In this document: positions 18,162 to 27,215 of the stretch, piece by piece
Position numbering within the stretch: position 1 is the stretch's first letter
Layout: each line of letters begins with the position of its first letter
Assembly (NCBI GenBank): GCA_016180435.1
Contig: JACPBG010000002.1
Coordinates: 60,342-124,341, forward strand
Direction of reading: 5' to 3'
DNA from: Candidatus Sungiibacteriota bacterium
Lineage (GTDB): Bacteria; Patescibacteriota; Minisyncoccia; Sungbacterales; HO2-52-23
DNA length: 64,000 nt
Notes under the pieces: model-generated
Database searches by the model: none
The model's input: the letters and a program-made list of their open reading frames with translations, nothing else
Told to the model about the DNA's origin: nothing
Program-made: the position numbers and the translations under genes

Positions 18162-18449
18162 ATGGTTACTATCGAACTTTTTCCCTTAGTGGGGGGCTTT
18201 GCGGAAAACAAGGATATTGCAAGAGACATAAGACGAGACCAAATTCTTCCAGCTCTGAAGAATGGAGAAAGTGTTGTCTTGGATTTTAGTGGCATAGAAT
18301 CTACAACACAATCTTTCGTTCACTCCTTAATTAGTGATGTAATGAGGGAATACGGGAGTGACGTTATGGATAAATTAGTATTTAAAAATTGCAGTGAAAC
18401 CATACAAAAAATCATCAGTATAGTTGTGGACTATATGCAGCAAACATAA
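18162..18449 (+). CDS. small STAS-like (anti-sigma-antagonist-like, DUF4325-like) protein, probable partner of the upstream ATPase
   Basis: 95 aa starting 6 bp after the ATPase gene; VVLDFSGIESTTQSFVHSLI resembles STAS-like folds. Assignment is from memory of the family and is tentative. Confidence 0.4.
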   Translation: MVTIELFPLVGGFAENKDIARDIRRDQILPALKNGESVVLDFSGIESTTQSFVHSLISDVMREYGSDVMDKLVFKNCSETIQKIISIVVDYMQQT

Positions 18450-18590
18450 TTTGTCTCAGTTAAAGACGTATTACGGTTCGCCCTGCGGAATTTTTTATAC
18501 GGACTTTTTATTTTCTCGCGTAAATTTTATTTGAAAAAACGCGAAAATAAAATGTCATCCGAAAGGATGACGTTTCTATATAGATACGCC

Positions 18591-19148
18591 CTAATGATAT
18601 GGAGAAAATGTCGCCTCTTTTAATCGCCAGTGTAATTTTATTCCCGCTTGATCTTCCGCAAAAATATCTTTCACGAAGTTGTCGAAACGAGCCGAGAATG
18701 GATACTTTTGCAAAGTAAGGTCGGCCAGAAGATGCAGCTTGTCTATCGGAAAGCGCTTCAGGCAAAATACATATGCCTCGGCAATGTCTGATCTTGAGCA
18801 TCCCTCGTCCCTTTCCCGCGGCCAGATACGATGCAGTACTGAAATCATCTTCAGTTTAAATTCGGAGTTTCCGAACCGCAAAAGAAAAAGAAGGAGCTGG
18901 CGGATTGTTCCTGCAAAAAAGATTTCCCAGCTCCTGCTTTTTCGTGCGGCTGAACCTTGTTTATAAAGACCCAATTTCCACCATAGTTCGGCGGGTCTGC
19001 TGTCCGGCATTTTCAGCACTTTCCATTGATATAACATCCAGTCAAGAACGCCGGGAACTGCAACCTCTTTTTGATAGCAGATTTTTTCTAAATCATGAAG
19101 CGCCAGTGGATACTTCTTTTTAAAAGTAGCACTTGTATGCCAAGGCAT
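18591..19148 (-). CDS. hypothetical protein, possibly an all-helical (heme-oxygenase/TenA-like) fold
   Basis: 185-aa ORF; RBS AGGAGA upstream of its ATG on the - strand. Confidence 0.4.
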   Translation of the reverse strand: MPWHTSATFKKKYPLALHDLEKICYQKEVAVPGVLDWMLYQWKVLKMPDSRPAELWWKLGLYKQGSAARKSRSWEIFFAGTIRQLLLFLLRFGNSEFKLKMISVLHRIWPRERDEGCSRSDIAEAYVFCLKRFPIDKLHLLADLTLQKYPFSARFDNFVKDIFAEDQAGIKLHWRLKEATFSPYH

Positions 19149-19274
19149 TTATTTATCTCCTATAGCTGGTATGAGCTTCACACAAGATAACAAAAAAACG
19201 TTATTTTGTCAATCTTGCAAAATAGTACAGATTATGCTATTTTAGTTTTAGTTCATTTTTCGCGTAGGTGCAAT

Positions 19275-19514
19275 ATGTCTAGTTGGCTGGATACGGAAAA
19301 AGGTCAAGAATTTTTCAAAAAAGCCTTTGAGGTTGCCGATTTGCCGGAGGTTGATGGAGATGTCTTGGAGCAAGGCACATACACCAACCGTCAAATCGCC
19401 GAAAAAGCCGGAAGCCCAGAAAAATTGCTGTCATTGCTTATGAATGTATCCGGTGATCGGGCGACGAAAAGATCGATCCTTAGTTTCGCCGTGGAAATGG
19501 ATTTAGAAGATTAA
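19275..19514 (+). CDS. hypothetical small protein
   Basis: ORF 19206..19514; start taken at ATG 19275 (MSSWLDTEKGQEFF...). Confidence 0.3.
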   Translation: MSSWLDTEKGQEFFKKAFEVADLPEVDGDVLEQGTYTNRQIAEKAGSPEKLLSLLMNVSGDRATKRSILSFAVEMDLED

Positions 19515-19554
19515 GTTTAGTAAGTTTTACCGCATGGTTTGCCCTGCGGCTTTT

Positions 19555-21375
19555 TTATTTAATAAACCGTTCCGCCTGCAGGGACCAAAGGCGTTTATAA
19601 ATTCCGCCGCGTGCGATTAAATCCAAATGTGTTCCTTCTTCCGCTATTTTTCCGCGGTCTATTACTATAATTCGATCCATCTGCATGATGGTGGAAAGGC
19701 GATGGGCAATTACGATCGCGGTTTTTTTCTTAAGCAAATTTTTTAAGGCATCCTGAATCAGCGCCTCTACTTCCGAGTCCAAACTTGAGGTTGCTTCGTC
19801 TAAAACCAAAATCGGCGTGTTGGCGAGGATGGCCCGCGCAATTGCTACTCTTTGCCGTTCTCCGCCGGAAAGTTTTACTCCGCGTTCTCCCACGTATGTG
19901 TCATAGCCATAAGGAAGCCGTGAAATAAATTCATGGCAGTGCGCTTTTTGGGCCGCATCCATGATCTCTTTTTCGGTCGCATTCAGGCGTCCGTAGCGTA
20001 TATTTTCGGTAAGGGTGCGGTGGAATAAAATGGTATCTTGCGGCACCAGCGCAACGGATGTGCGTATGCTGTCTTGCGTTACTTCGGCAATGTTTTGCCC
20101 GTCAATCATTATTTTTCCATTATTTATATCATGGAAACGCAAAAGAAGCGTTACCACCGTGGTTTTTCCGGCGCCGGATGATCCGACCAGCGCAATTTTT
20201 TCTCCGGGCTTGACGCGTAAACTGAAATTTTCAAGCACTTTGCGCTTATCATGAAATCCGAAAGTAACATTTTCAAATTCAACCATACCCCGGGAAACCG
20301 CAAGTTTTTTTGCGGAAGGCGCATCTTTTATATCCGGAGGTGTATTTAAAATTTCCACCATTTCAGCCGCATCGGCAAGCGACTCATAAACTCGGCGCAC
20401 CACCCGGCCAAAGTCCCAGATTCTGTGAAATAGCACGATCAAATACCCTTGAATCAGGGCAAAATCTCCGACGGTAACCTGGCCGCTTGACCAGAGCCGG
20501 ATCCAGGCATAAAACAAACCCACTTCAATTGCGATCATGAGAAGCGCTTGAATCCCGTCAGCTGCTTCTCCGATGCCCCATCCCCAAAAACGCAGGCGTT
20601 TTAATTCATTCATGACGTTACGGTAAATAGTTTTTTCATGATCATAATTGGAAAATAGTTTTATGGTAATGACGTTAGTCAGGGCGTCGGAAAGCGTTCC
20701 GGTTGCTTCCGAGTCCTTTTCGGCCCGGGCCCGGTCATATTTTAATTTCCAGCCCGCGATAAAATAATAGATGACTCCAAAGAGCAAAATCCAGATTGCC
20801 AAAGCAATTCCGAGGACGATGTGGCGTTTGAAAAGAACAATAAGTATCCCGGTAACTATGACAAAAAGCGGAATGATGCTGAATAAAATCTGATCGGTTA
20901 TCTCCTCAAACGAACGGGACAGGCGCGCCACCTTTCTTACCAGCGATCCGGTGAAATTGTTTGTAAAGAAGCGGTGCGAGTGCCCGAGTAGATTTGAGAA
21001 AGCGGTCAGGGACAGGTCATTCATCACGTTGGCCCGCATATATATATTTGCTATGCCGAACAGACGATGTATGGTCCAGCGCGATATTTCCAAAGCCGCG
21101 ATAATGCCGAGGATCCACATGAGTTGGCGGTTGATTTCTGCCGCTTGAAGCGCCGTATTCGTAACCGTGTCAAGAAACATTTTTAAGAACCAGGGCATGG
21201 TTACCGCAATAATCTGCATCGCGATTGCGGACAAGAAGACCACAATCGATGTCCCGGGATATTTTCGGGCGTGTTCCCAAAATACCCGCCATATCAGGCG
21301 AAGTGTATGGCGGTTTAATTCCGGCTTTTTTATTTTGGCGGATGCCAATTGCGTCATAACTCGATTTTTTTCCAT
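19555..21375 (-). CDS. ABC transporter, fused permease/ATP-binding protein (MsbA-like exporter)
   Basis: Six predicted TM helices; Walker A GSSGAGKTT; signature LSGGERQRVAIARAIL; Walker B ILVLDEATSSLD. Confidence 0.9.
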   Translation of the reverse strand: MEKNRVMTQLASAKIKKPELNRHTLRLIWRVFWEHARKYPGTSIVVFLSAIAMQIIAVTMPWFLKMFLDTVTNTALQAAEINRQLMWILGIIAALEISRWTIHRLFGIANIYMRANVMNDLSLTAFSNLLGHSHRFFTNNFTGSLVRKVARLSRSFEEITDQILFSIIPLFVIVTGILIVLFKRHIVLGIALAIWILLFGVIYYFIAGWKLKYDRARAEKDSEATGTLSDALTNVITIKLFSNYDHEKTIYRNVMNELKRLRFWGWGIGEAADGIQALLMIAIEVGLFYAWIRLWSSGQVTVGDFALIQGYLIVLFHRIWDFGRVVRRVYESLADAAEMVEILNTPPDIKDAPSAKKLAVSRGMVEFENVTFGFHDKRKVLENFSLRVKPGEKIALVGSSGAGKTTVVTLLLRFHDINNGKIMIDGQNIAEVTQDSIRTSVALVPQDTILFHRTLTENIRYGRLNATEKEIMDAAQKAHCHEFISRLPYGYDTYVGERGVKLSGGERQRVAIARAILANTPILVLDEATSSLDSEVEALIQDALKNLLKKKTAIVIAHRLSTIMQMDRIIVIDRGKIAEEGTHLDLIARGGIYKRLWSLQAERFIK

Positions 21376-22460
21376 AATTTGTTTCTTCTTAAATATATGG
21401 ACCTTGGATAATCGGCGGCAGTCACCAGTTCATCAATTCTTTCACTGATCAGCTCGCCGGTATTTCTTCCTCCGCGTCCGTCAATCTCGGTAAAATATAC
21501 TCCGTCTTTGGTGAGCATGACAATATGAGCGTCGTCGTAATAATACCAGCGCGCATCCAGAATCGGTTCCTGCAGGGTTATAATCTGTTCTATTAGGCCC
21601 TTTTTTTGAAACGGCTGGTATTCATTATCCTGCAGCCATAATATTTCTATACTGTTTTCTTTTTTTAAGATAAGTTTTTCTCCTTCCGTATCAAATGAAA
21701 TTGCTTTAGCGCCTCCGGCCAGGGGTTTCAATTCATTGGTTTCACTTTCTATTATAAAAAGTCCTCCGCCGGCATCCAAAATCGCCAATTCGCTGCGCGG
21801 CGATATGAAAAATTGCGCCGGTATTTTGTCAGAAAGGAAAAATCCCGGTCGGCCCAGCGTTTCAATCATCCCGTTACTATTTAATTTTGCCGCAAAACCG
21901 GCTTCGGTAATAAAAAATATAGCGCCGTCGATATAGGCAAATGAATTCACTCCGGGTGTCAGCACGGTTGTCGTGGCGCGGCCGTTTAGCACGCGGTCTT
22001 CAACCAGATTGTTTTTTTTATCAAGCCGAATTTTACGCGCGGAAGTGGTAGTCGCCAATCCCAAAGATATGATTTCGTCGCGTGTTGCCGTGGCGGTCAT
22101 GACCGGTGAGGGGATCAGGATGACATTTCGTATTTCGGTTACGGCGGCTTTTTCCACGGTTACGGTTTTTGACCAAGGCCGGTAATTTTCCTTTTCCAGA
22201 CGTAGCAGATGTATGCCGGGCCTGATTTCGGTCAATAGCGCCCCGCCGGAAAAAATTGATGTCTCTTTCTGAAATTCGTTGTCCAGAAAAATTGAGATGC
22301 TTGCGATCGTGGATTTTATAAAAATACCGCCGCGCTGCTCCAGCGAGCGTGATGATAAATTGATCGTATAGCCGAGCGAATGAGCAATTACTATCGGCAA
22401 AAGCACGATAAATGCGGCCAGCAGGAGATAAAAAATTTTTTTTCTGGTTGCCAGCTTCAT
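21354..22460 (-). CDS. membrane-anchored hypothetical protein
   Basis: N-terminal TM helix FYLLLAAFIVLLPIVIAHSL; no catalytic motif recognised. Confidence 0.45.
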   Translation of the reverse strand: MKLATRKKIFYLLLAAFIVLLPIVIAHSLGYTINLSSRSLEQRGGIFIKSTIASISIFLDNEFQKETSIFSGGALLTEIRPGIHLLRLEKENYRPWSKTVTVEKAAVTEIRNVILIPSPVMTATATRDEIISLGLATTTSARKIRLDKKNNLVEDRVLNGRATTTVLTPGVNSFAYIDGAIFFITEAGFAAKLNSNGMIETLGRPGFFLSDKIPAQFFISPRSELAILDAGGGLFIIESETNELKPLAGGAKAISFDTEGEKLILKKENSIEILWLQDNEYQPFQKKGLIEQIITLQEPILDARWYYYDDAHIVMLTKDGVYFTEIDGRGGRNTGELISERIDELVTAADYPRSIYLRRNKLWKKIEL

Positions 22461-22517
22461 ACTTATATTGTAGCAATTTTGCGGGCGTTTGAAAATAACG
22501 CCTTTTCACGCTACGAT

Positions 22518-23831
22518 ATGTTTATGTCTGTAGATAAATTTATTATTAAGGGCGGTAAGCCGTTGGCGGGTGAGATTGAGGTACGCGGATCCAAAAATGC
22601 CGCGACCAAATTGATGATTGCCTCACTTCTTACGGATGAGCCCTGTGTTATTGAAAATGTCCCGCTGTCGCAGGATACGGATATTACTTCAGAACTTTGC
22701 GGGAAAATCGGAAGCAATGTGGAGCTTGATCGTGATTTACATGCGATTAAAATCCATACGCCGAAGGTCTTGCATCCGGTTGTGCCGGAATTATCGCGGA
22801 AAAATCGCATACCCGTACTGGCTATCGGGCCGCTTTTGCATCGTACGGGCATTGCGGAAGTACCGGTGCTGGGCGGGTGCCCGATCGGGCACCGTCCCAT
22901 AAATTTTCACGTCGAGGCATTGTCTAAAATGGGGGTAGAGGTTGAGCGCCGGCCGCAATCATATTTTGCCAAGACCTCGGAGATCCATGGAGCTGAAATA
23001 GACCTTCCGTTCCCGTCTGTCGGCGCTACCGAAAATATAATCTTATTTGCGGTACTTGCCCGCGGGAAAACATTGATCCGGAATGCGGCCGTGGAGCCGG
23101 AAATTTTCAATCTGGTTGAGATGCTTCGCGGGATGGGAGCTGAAATTCTTTGGAGATCTGACGAGAGGATCATAGAAATAGAGGGAGTAAGCCGGCTCCG
23201 CGGAGTTTCGATAGAAACAATTCCGGATAGGAATGAGGCGGTATCATTTGCCGTGGCCGCCCTGGCAACCGGCGGAGAGGTTTTTGTGCGCGGGGCGCGC
23301 GAGGATCATCTGAAATCATTTATTGCTAAAGCGGTTGATGCGGGGGGATCGGTCTTTGTGCAGGATGGCGGCATTAAGTTTAAAGCCGGTAAGCGGTATG
23401 GGCCGGTTAAAATTGAAACCTCGCCACACCCGGGATTTATGACTGATTGGCAGCAGCCGTTTTGCGTTCTCTTGACGAAGGCGGACGGAGAATCAATAAT
23501 ACATGAGACGGTTTATGAGGATAGATTTGGTTATGTAAAGGATTTGACCCGCATGGGGGCGCGGATTGAGGTATCGGATAAATGTTGGGGTGATATGAAA
23601 TGCCGGTTTGCGGGCGTCTCCGCCATGCATAGTATCAGTATTAACGGGCCATCCCGTCTTCATGGGACAGATATTACCATGATTGATATCCGCGCCGGCA
23701 TGGCGCATATCATTGCCGCGCTTTCCGCTGAAGGAGAGTCGGTTATTACGGGGATTGAACACATTGATAGGGGATATGAGAAGATTGAGGAGAGGTTAAG
23801 AAAATTAGGGGCGGAAATTAGGAGGGTGTGA
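22518..23831 (+). CDS. murA: UDP-N-acetylglucosamine 1-carboxyvinyltransferase
   Basis: DKFIIKGGKPLAGEIEVRGSKNAATKLMIASLLTDEPCVIENVP. Start taken at ATG 22518; the ORF track start at 22380 is upstream. Confidence 0.9.
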   Translation: MFMSVDKFIIKGGKPLAGEIEVRGSKNAATKLMIASLLTDEPCVIENVPLSQDTDITSELCGKIGSNVELDRDLHAIKIHTPKVLHPVVPELSRKNRIPVLAIGPLLHRTGIAEVPVLGGCPIGHRPINFHVEALSKMGVEVERRPQSYFAKTSEIHGAEIDLPFPSVGATENIILFAVLARGKTLIRNAAVEPEIFNLVEMLRGMGAEILWRSDERIIEIEGVSRLRGVSIETIPDRNEAVSFAVAALATGGEVFVRGAREDHLKSFIAKAVDAGGSVFVQDGGIKFKAGKRYGPVKIETSPHPGFMTDWQQPFCVLLTKADGESIIHETVYEDRFGYVKDLTRMGARIEVSDKCWGDMKCRFAGVSAMHSISINGPSRLHGTDITMIDIRAGMAHIIAALSAEGESVITGIEHIDRGYEKIEERLRKLGAEIRRV

Positions 23832-23850
23832 TTATCGCTCGGCATTTCGT

Positions 23851-23956
23851 TTTCAAGACACGCAAATTTTTGCCAGCGCAAAAATTTGCTAAGGGTCGGC
23901 GAAGTTTTCCGCCAAAGGCGGAACCATGCAAACTTCGCCTCCCATTGTCTTGAAAA
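23851..23956 (+). repeat. repeat family A copy 3 (diverged, compensatory substitutions keep all stems)
   Basis: ttcaagacacgcaaatttttgccagcgcaaaaatttgctaagggtcggcgaagttttccgccaaaggcggaaccatgcaaacttcgcctcccattgtcttgaa. Confidence 0.65.
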
Positions 23957-24014
23957 CAAAATGCTTCGCATAATTTCAATCTTTTGGTGAGAGGAGAGGA
24001 AAAGGAGCAATTTT

Positions 24015-25025
24015 ATGTTTATTAGAAAAATAGGAATTGATCTTGGCACTGCCAACACCTTGGTGTTTGTGCCCAAAAAAGGGGTGGTGGTGAATGAGCC
24101 ATCCGTGGTTGCGGTTTCCAAATACGAGAACGCGGTTTTGGCCGTGGGAAATGAAGCGCGGGATATGATCGGCAGAACACCCGAAACCATTGTGGCGTAC
24201 CGTCCTTTGCGGGATGGAGTTATTGCGGATTATCGCGTGACCGAGGCCATGTTGCGCTATTTTATTTCCAAAGCCAGCGGCCGGGTTCGGCTTTTTCGTC
24301 CGGAAGTAATGGTTTCGGTGCCGGCCGGAGTCACATCCACCGAGCGTCGGGCCGTGATTGAAGCTACGGTGCAGGCCGGGGCCAAGGCCGCTTATGTGGT
24401 AAAAGAGCCGGTGTTGGCCGCCATCGGCGCCGGAATCCCTATTAATGAGCCGGCCGGACATATGGTGGTGGATATTGGCGGAGGCACATCGGATGTGGCG
24501 GTTATTTCACTTGGCGGAATAGTGGCATCCACTTCGGTAAAAGTTGCCGGAAACAAATTGGATCAGGCCATTGCCGATTATATCAAGCGCCATTATAATC
24601 TTGCGATCGGCGACCGGACTGCGGAAAATATGAAAATAAAAATTGGGTCAGCCGTGCCTATGGATGATCCAAAAATGAAAATGGAAATCAAGGGGCGCGA
24701 TTTGATGTCCGGTTTGCCGCGCACCATAGAGATCCATTCTATGGAAGTTACCGAGGCGATTTCGGATGAGTTGGATGAGATAATCCATGCGGTAAAATCC
24801 GTTTTGCATGATACTCCGCCCGAACTCGCGGCAGATATAATGGACCGGGGAATTGTAATGACCGGAGGCGGATCGCTTCTGCGAAATATTGACGAGCTGG
24901 TATTTCAGGAAACCGGCGTGCCGGCGCATGTGGCGGATGAGGCGCTTTTATGCGTGGCCAAGGGCACCGGAATCGCTTTGGAGCATTTGGATGTTTATAA
25001 ACGCAGTATCATGTCTAAGCGGTAA
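24015..25025 (+). CDS. mreB: rod shape-determining protein MreB, orphan paralog
   Basis: IGIDLGTANTLVFVPKKGVVVNEPSVVAV...VVDIGGGTSDVAVISLGGIV. Confidence 0.9.
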   Translation: MFIRKIGIDLGTANTLVFVPKKGVVVNEPSVVAVSKYENAVLAVGNEARDMIGRTPETIVAYRPLRDGVIADYRVTEAMLRYFISKASGRVRLFRPEVMVSVPAGVTSTERRAVIEATVQAGAKAAYVVKEPVLAAIGAGIPINEPAGHMVVDIGGGTSDVAVISLGGIVASTSVKVAGNKLDQAIADYIKRHYNLAIGDRTAENMKIKIGSAVPMDDPKMKMEIKGRDLMSGLPRTIEIHSMEVTEAISDELDEIIHAVKSVLHDTPPELAADIMDRGIVMTGGGSLLRNIDELVFQETGVPAHVADEALLCVAKGTGIALEHLDVYKRSIMSKR

Positions 25026-25161
25026 AGCGCGGCTCCCTTGGTATATTACAGAAAAAAGACGCTCGCAGGGTGTTAAATCTTTAAATTCTTAAATTTTAGC
25101 GATCCCATTACTTACTGTTATAAAAAATAGTTCCCGAGTTAAGTTAAGGGACTACCCTTGA

Positions 25162-25812
25162 ATGATAATAAAAAAATTTTTACATTCCTGTATTTTACTT
25201 GAGGAACAAGGGCGAAGACTCCTTATTGACCCCGGTGATATGTCGTTTTTCGAGAAGAAAATATCACCCGAAGATATCGGTGGGGCGGATGTTATAGTTT
25301 TTACTCATAGGCATAGTGACCATTTAGATCTAGACATATTAAAAAAATTTTTAAGTTTGAAACAAGCTAAAATTTTGGCTCATGAAGAAATTGGTAAAAA
25401 ACTAAAGGAGTCGGATATTCCATACACATCGATATCTGCGGGTGAGACGAAAATAGTTGAAGGATTTACTATCGAAACAATTGAGGCGCCGCATGGACAT
25501 GGTTTAAGTGTGCCCTCGCCGTATAATCTCGGCTTTAAAATAGACAATGCATTTTTTCATCCCGGCGACTGTGTCTCGTTAGAAAACATTGAAACTAAAG
25601 TTTTGGCACTTCCCGTTATGGGTTCTTGGATGCGTTTTCCGGAGGCAGTATTATTTGCTAAACGAGTAAAGCCACAGTATGTAATTCCTATTCATGATGC
25701 ACTTATTGGGGACGTATTCATTGATAGGGTTTACGACTATTATCGAGGGCCATTAGAAAAAGACGGCATTTCCTTTTATCAGCTTGGATTAGATAATTCG
25801 CTTGAGATATAA
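25162..25812 (+). CDS. MBL-fold metallo-hydrolase
   Basis: VIVFTHRHSDHLD (HxHxDH motif). Confidence 0.65.
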   Translation: MIIKKFLHSCILLEEQGRRLLIDPGDMSFFEKKISPEDIGGADVIVFTHRHSDHLDLDILKKFLSLKQAKILAHEEIGKKLKESDIPYTSISAGETKIVEGFTIETIEAPHGHGLSVPSPYNLGFKIDNAFFHPGDCVSLENIETKVLALPVMGSWMRFPEAVLFAKRVKPQYVIPIHDALIGDVFIDRVYDYYRGPLEKDGISFYQLGLDNSLEI

Positions 25813-25909
25813 CCCCATGTCGCTAACATTAAATTGAATACTTGGAGAAAAGAATGGTTTGCTGAAGACAGCCGTCTTCGGTGGGTAGTATTAAAATATT
25901 TTAAATTTT

Positions 25910-26302
25910 ATGTCGCGTGAAGGATTACAACCAATTGTTCCGGAATCCAATCCGGCGGTTAAGAAATTAAGCCCGCATGAGATAAGTGCGCAAAAAGTGC
26001 GTAAAGAATTTAATGAGAACGTGCAAGATGTTTTACCGCTGGTTAAACGTGCGCACTCTTTGAAAGAGCTTTGGCAAGCAGTTGATACCATAGAAAAATG
26101 GAGGAGTGACGTAGATCTTGCCAAAGATCAGGGCCAAGATATACCAGATCCGCGCGAGGACGAACAAGTAATGAAAGAATATTTGCTTCGATATACGTCA
26201 GGACCGCATCGGGATATTTCTCCGATTTTTAAAGAAGGAAGAAATATATTAAAAGACGAAGTCGCGAAAAAAATTAAAGAACTGGGATTATCTGAGAAAT
26301 AG
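25910..26302 (+). CDS. hypothetical protein
   Basis: 130-aa acidic ORF. Confidence 0.35.
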   Translation: MSREGLQPIVPESNPAVKKLSPHEISAQKVRKEFNENVQDVLPLVKRAHSLKELWQAVDTIEKWRSDVDLAKDQGQDIPDPREDEQVMKEYLLRYTSGPHRDISPIFKEGRNILKDEVAKKIKELGLSEK

Positions 26303-26322
26303 TCAAAGAATTCCTCAATTTT

Positions 26323-26703
26323 ATGTCTGGAGGAAATCCATTTAAAGGATTAAAACTTAAACCAGCGCAGGAGAAAGAAGAAGTTAAAGAACAACCGGCT
26401 CCGGCGCCGCGGATTATCACCAAGCCAAAAAAATATTTGGAATCCGTGGGCATTACTGATTATACCTACGAAGAAAAAGCGGACGGAGTGCATTTTTATA
26501 TTAAGTTGTCCCCGGAAGACATGGAGGAAAAAATAAAACAAGCTCGATATGTTATTAATGCGCCGCCGTTAACTCCATTTCAAAGAGAAAAGTTGTTGCC
26601 ATTTGTAAAATTGATGAAACAGGATAGGAAGCTTGATTGTAAAGTTTTAGACGGAAATGCGTCCCGTCCCAATTTATTGGAGGTAGTTGTCTTTAAAAAG
26701 TAA
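26323..26703 (+). CDS. hypothetical protein
   Basis: 126-aa ORF. Confidence 0.35.
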   Translation: MSGGNPFKGLKLKPAQEKEEVKEQPAPAPRIITKPKKYLESVGITDYTYEEKADGVHFYIKLSPEDMEEKIKQARYVINAPPLTPFQREKLLPFVKLMKQDRKLDCKVLDGNASRPNLLEVVVFKK

Positions 26704-26727
26704 ACCACCCGACTGGATGTCGGGCGG
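26703..26727 (-). terminator. terminator hairpin of paralog P1, conserved with the one after P2
   Basis: - strand: cgcccgacatccagtcgggtgg followed by tttacttttt. Confidence 0.55.
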
Positions 26728-26760
26728 CGATATGATGGGAAAGGATGGCGGGTTTTGTGA

Positions 26761-27153
26761 TCACGAGGCGGTGATATTTAGAAAAAATCCGTCGGGATGA
26801 TGCGTGATAGAAAGACCCGGGCCAGTGGTGCGAAGGAAAAGGTTTCCTTCAAGATCGGGATTCTCGGCAAACGTTTTACGCGTTTTCCGTTCAAGCACTG
26901 GCAACCTGCATAGGTCTGGAATATCCAGGCCGGTAGCGCCATCTATCACGCTTAGATAGAAATCCGCACCATCCCTTTCTATCCGTATGTTCGCATCTCC
27001 ATCGGTAAAAATAGTGACTGCGTCTATACCTATTGTAGGAGAGAGCACGCGATGGAGTGATGTTGCGACCGCATCCGTTCCTCCCATCAAAACCAGTTGT
27101 CCGTCCTCGTCCTTAAACTGGGATAATATAGCCCTGAGATTTGTGAGATCCAT
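26761..27153 (-). CDS. hypothetical protein, paralog P1 of 31390..31875
   Basis: ORF 26761..27186; start taken at ATG 27153 behind GAGGAGG. Shares IFTDGDANIRIERDGADFYLSV with P2 (LVTDGDADITIIRRDDELFYVTV) and a similar N-terminus. Confidence 0.45.
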   Translation of the reverse strand: MDLTNLRAILSQFKDEDGQLVLMGGTDAVATSLHRVLSPTIGIDAVTIFTDGDANIRIERDGADFYLSVIDGATGLDIPDLCRLPVLERKTRKTFAENPDLEGNLFLRTTGPGLSITHHPDGFFLNITAS

Positions 27154-27170
27154 ATGTAAAAGTCCTCCTC

Positions 27171-27199
27171 TGACTAAGATACCCAAATTATACTATAAT
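27171..27199 (+). promoter_or_regulatory. sigma-70-type promoter for holB
   Basis: TGACTA, 17-bp spacer, TATAAT; GTG start follows 17 nt later. Confidence 0.5.
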
Positions 27200-27215
27200 A
27201 GTATTTAAAAGTCAA

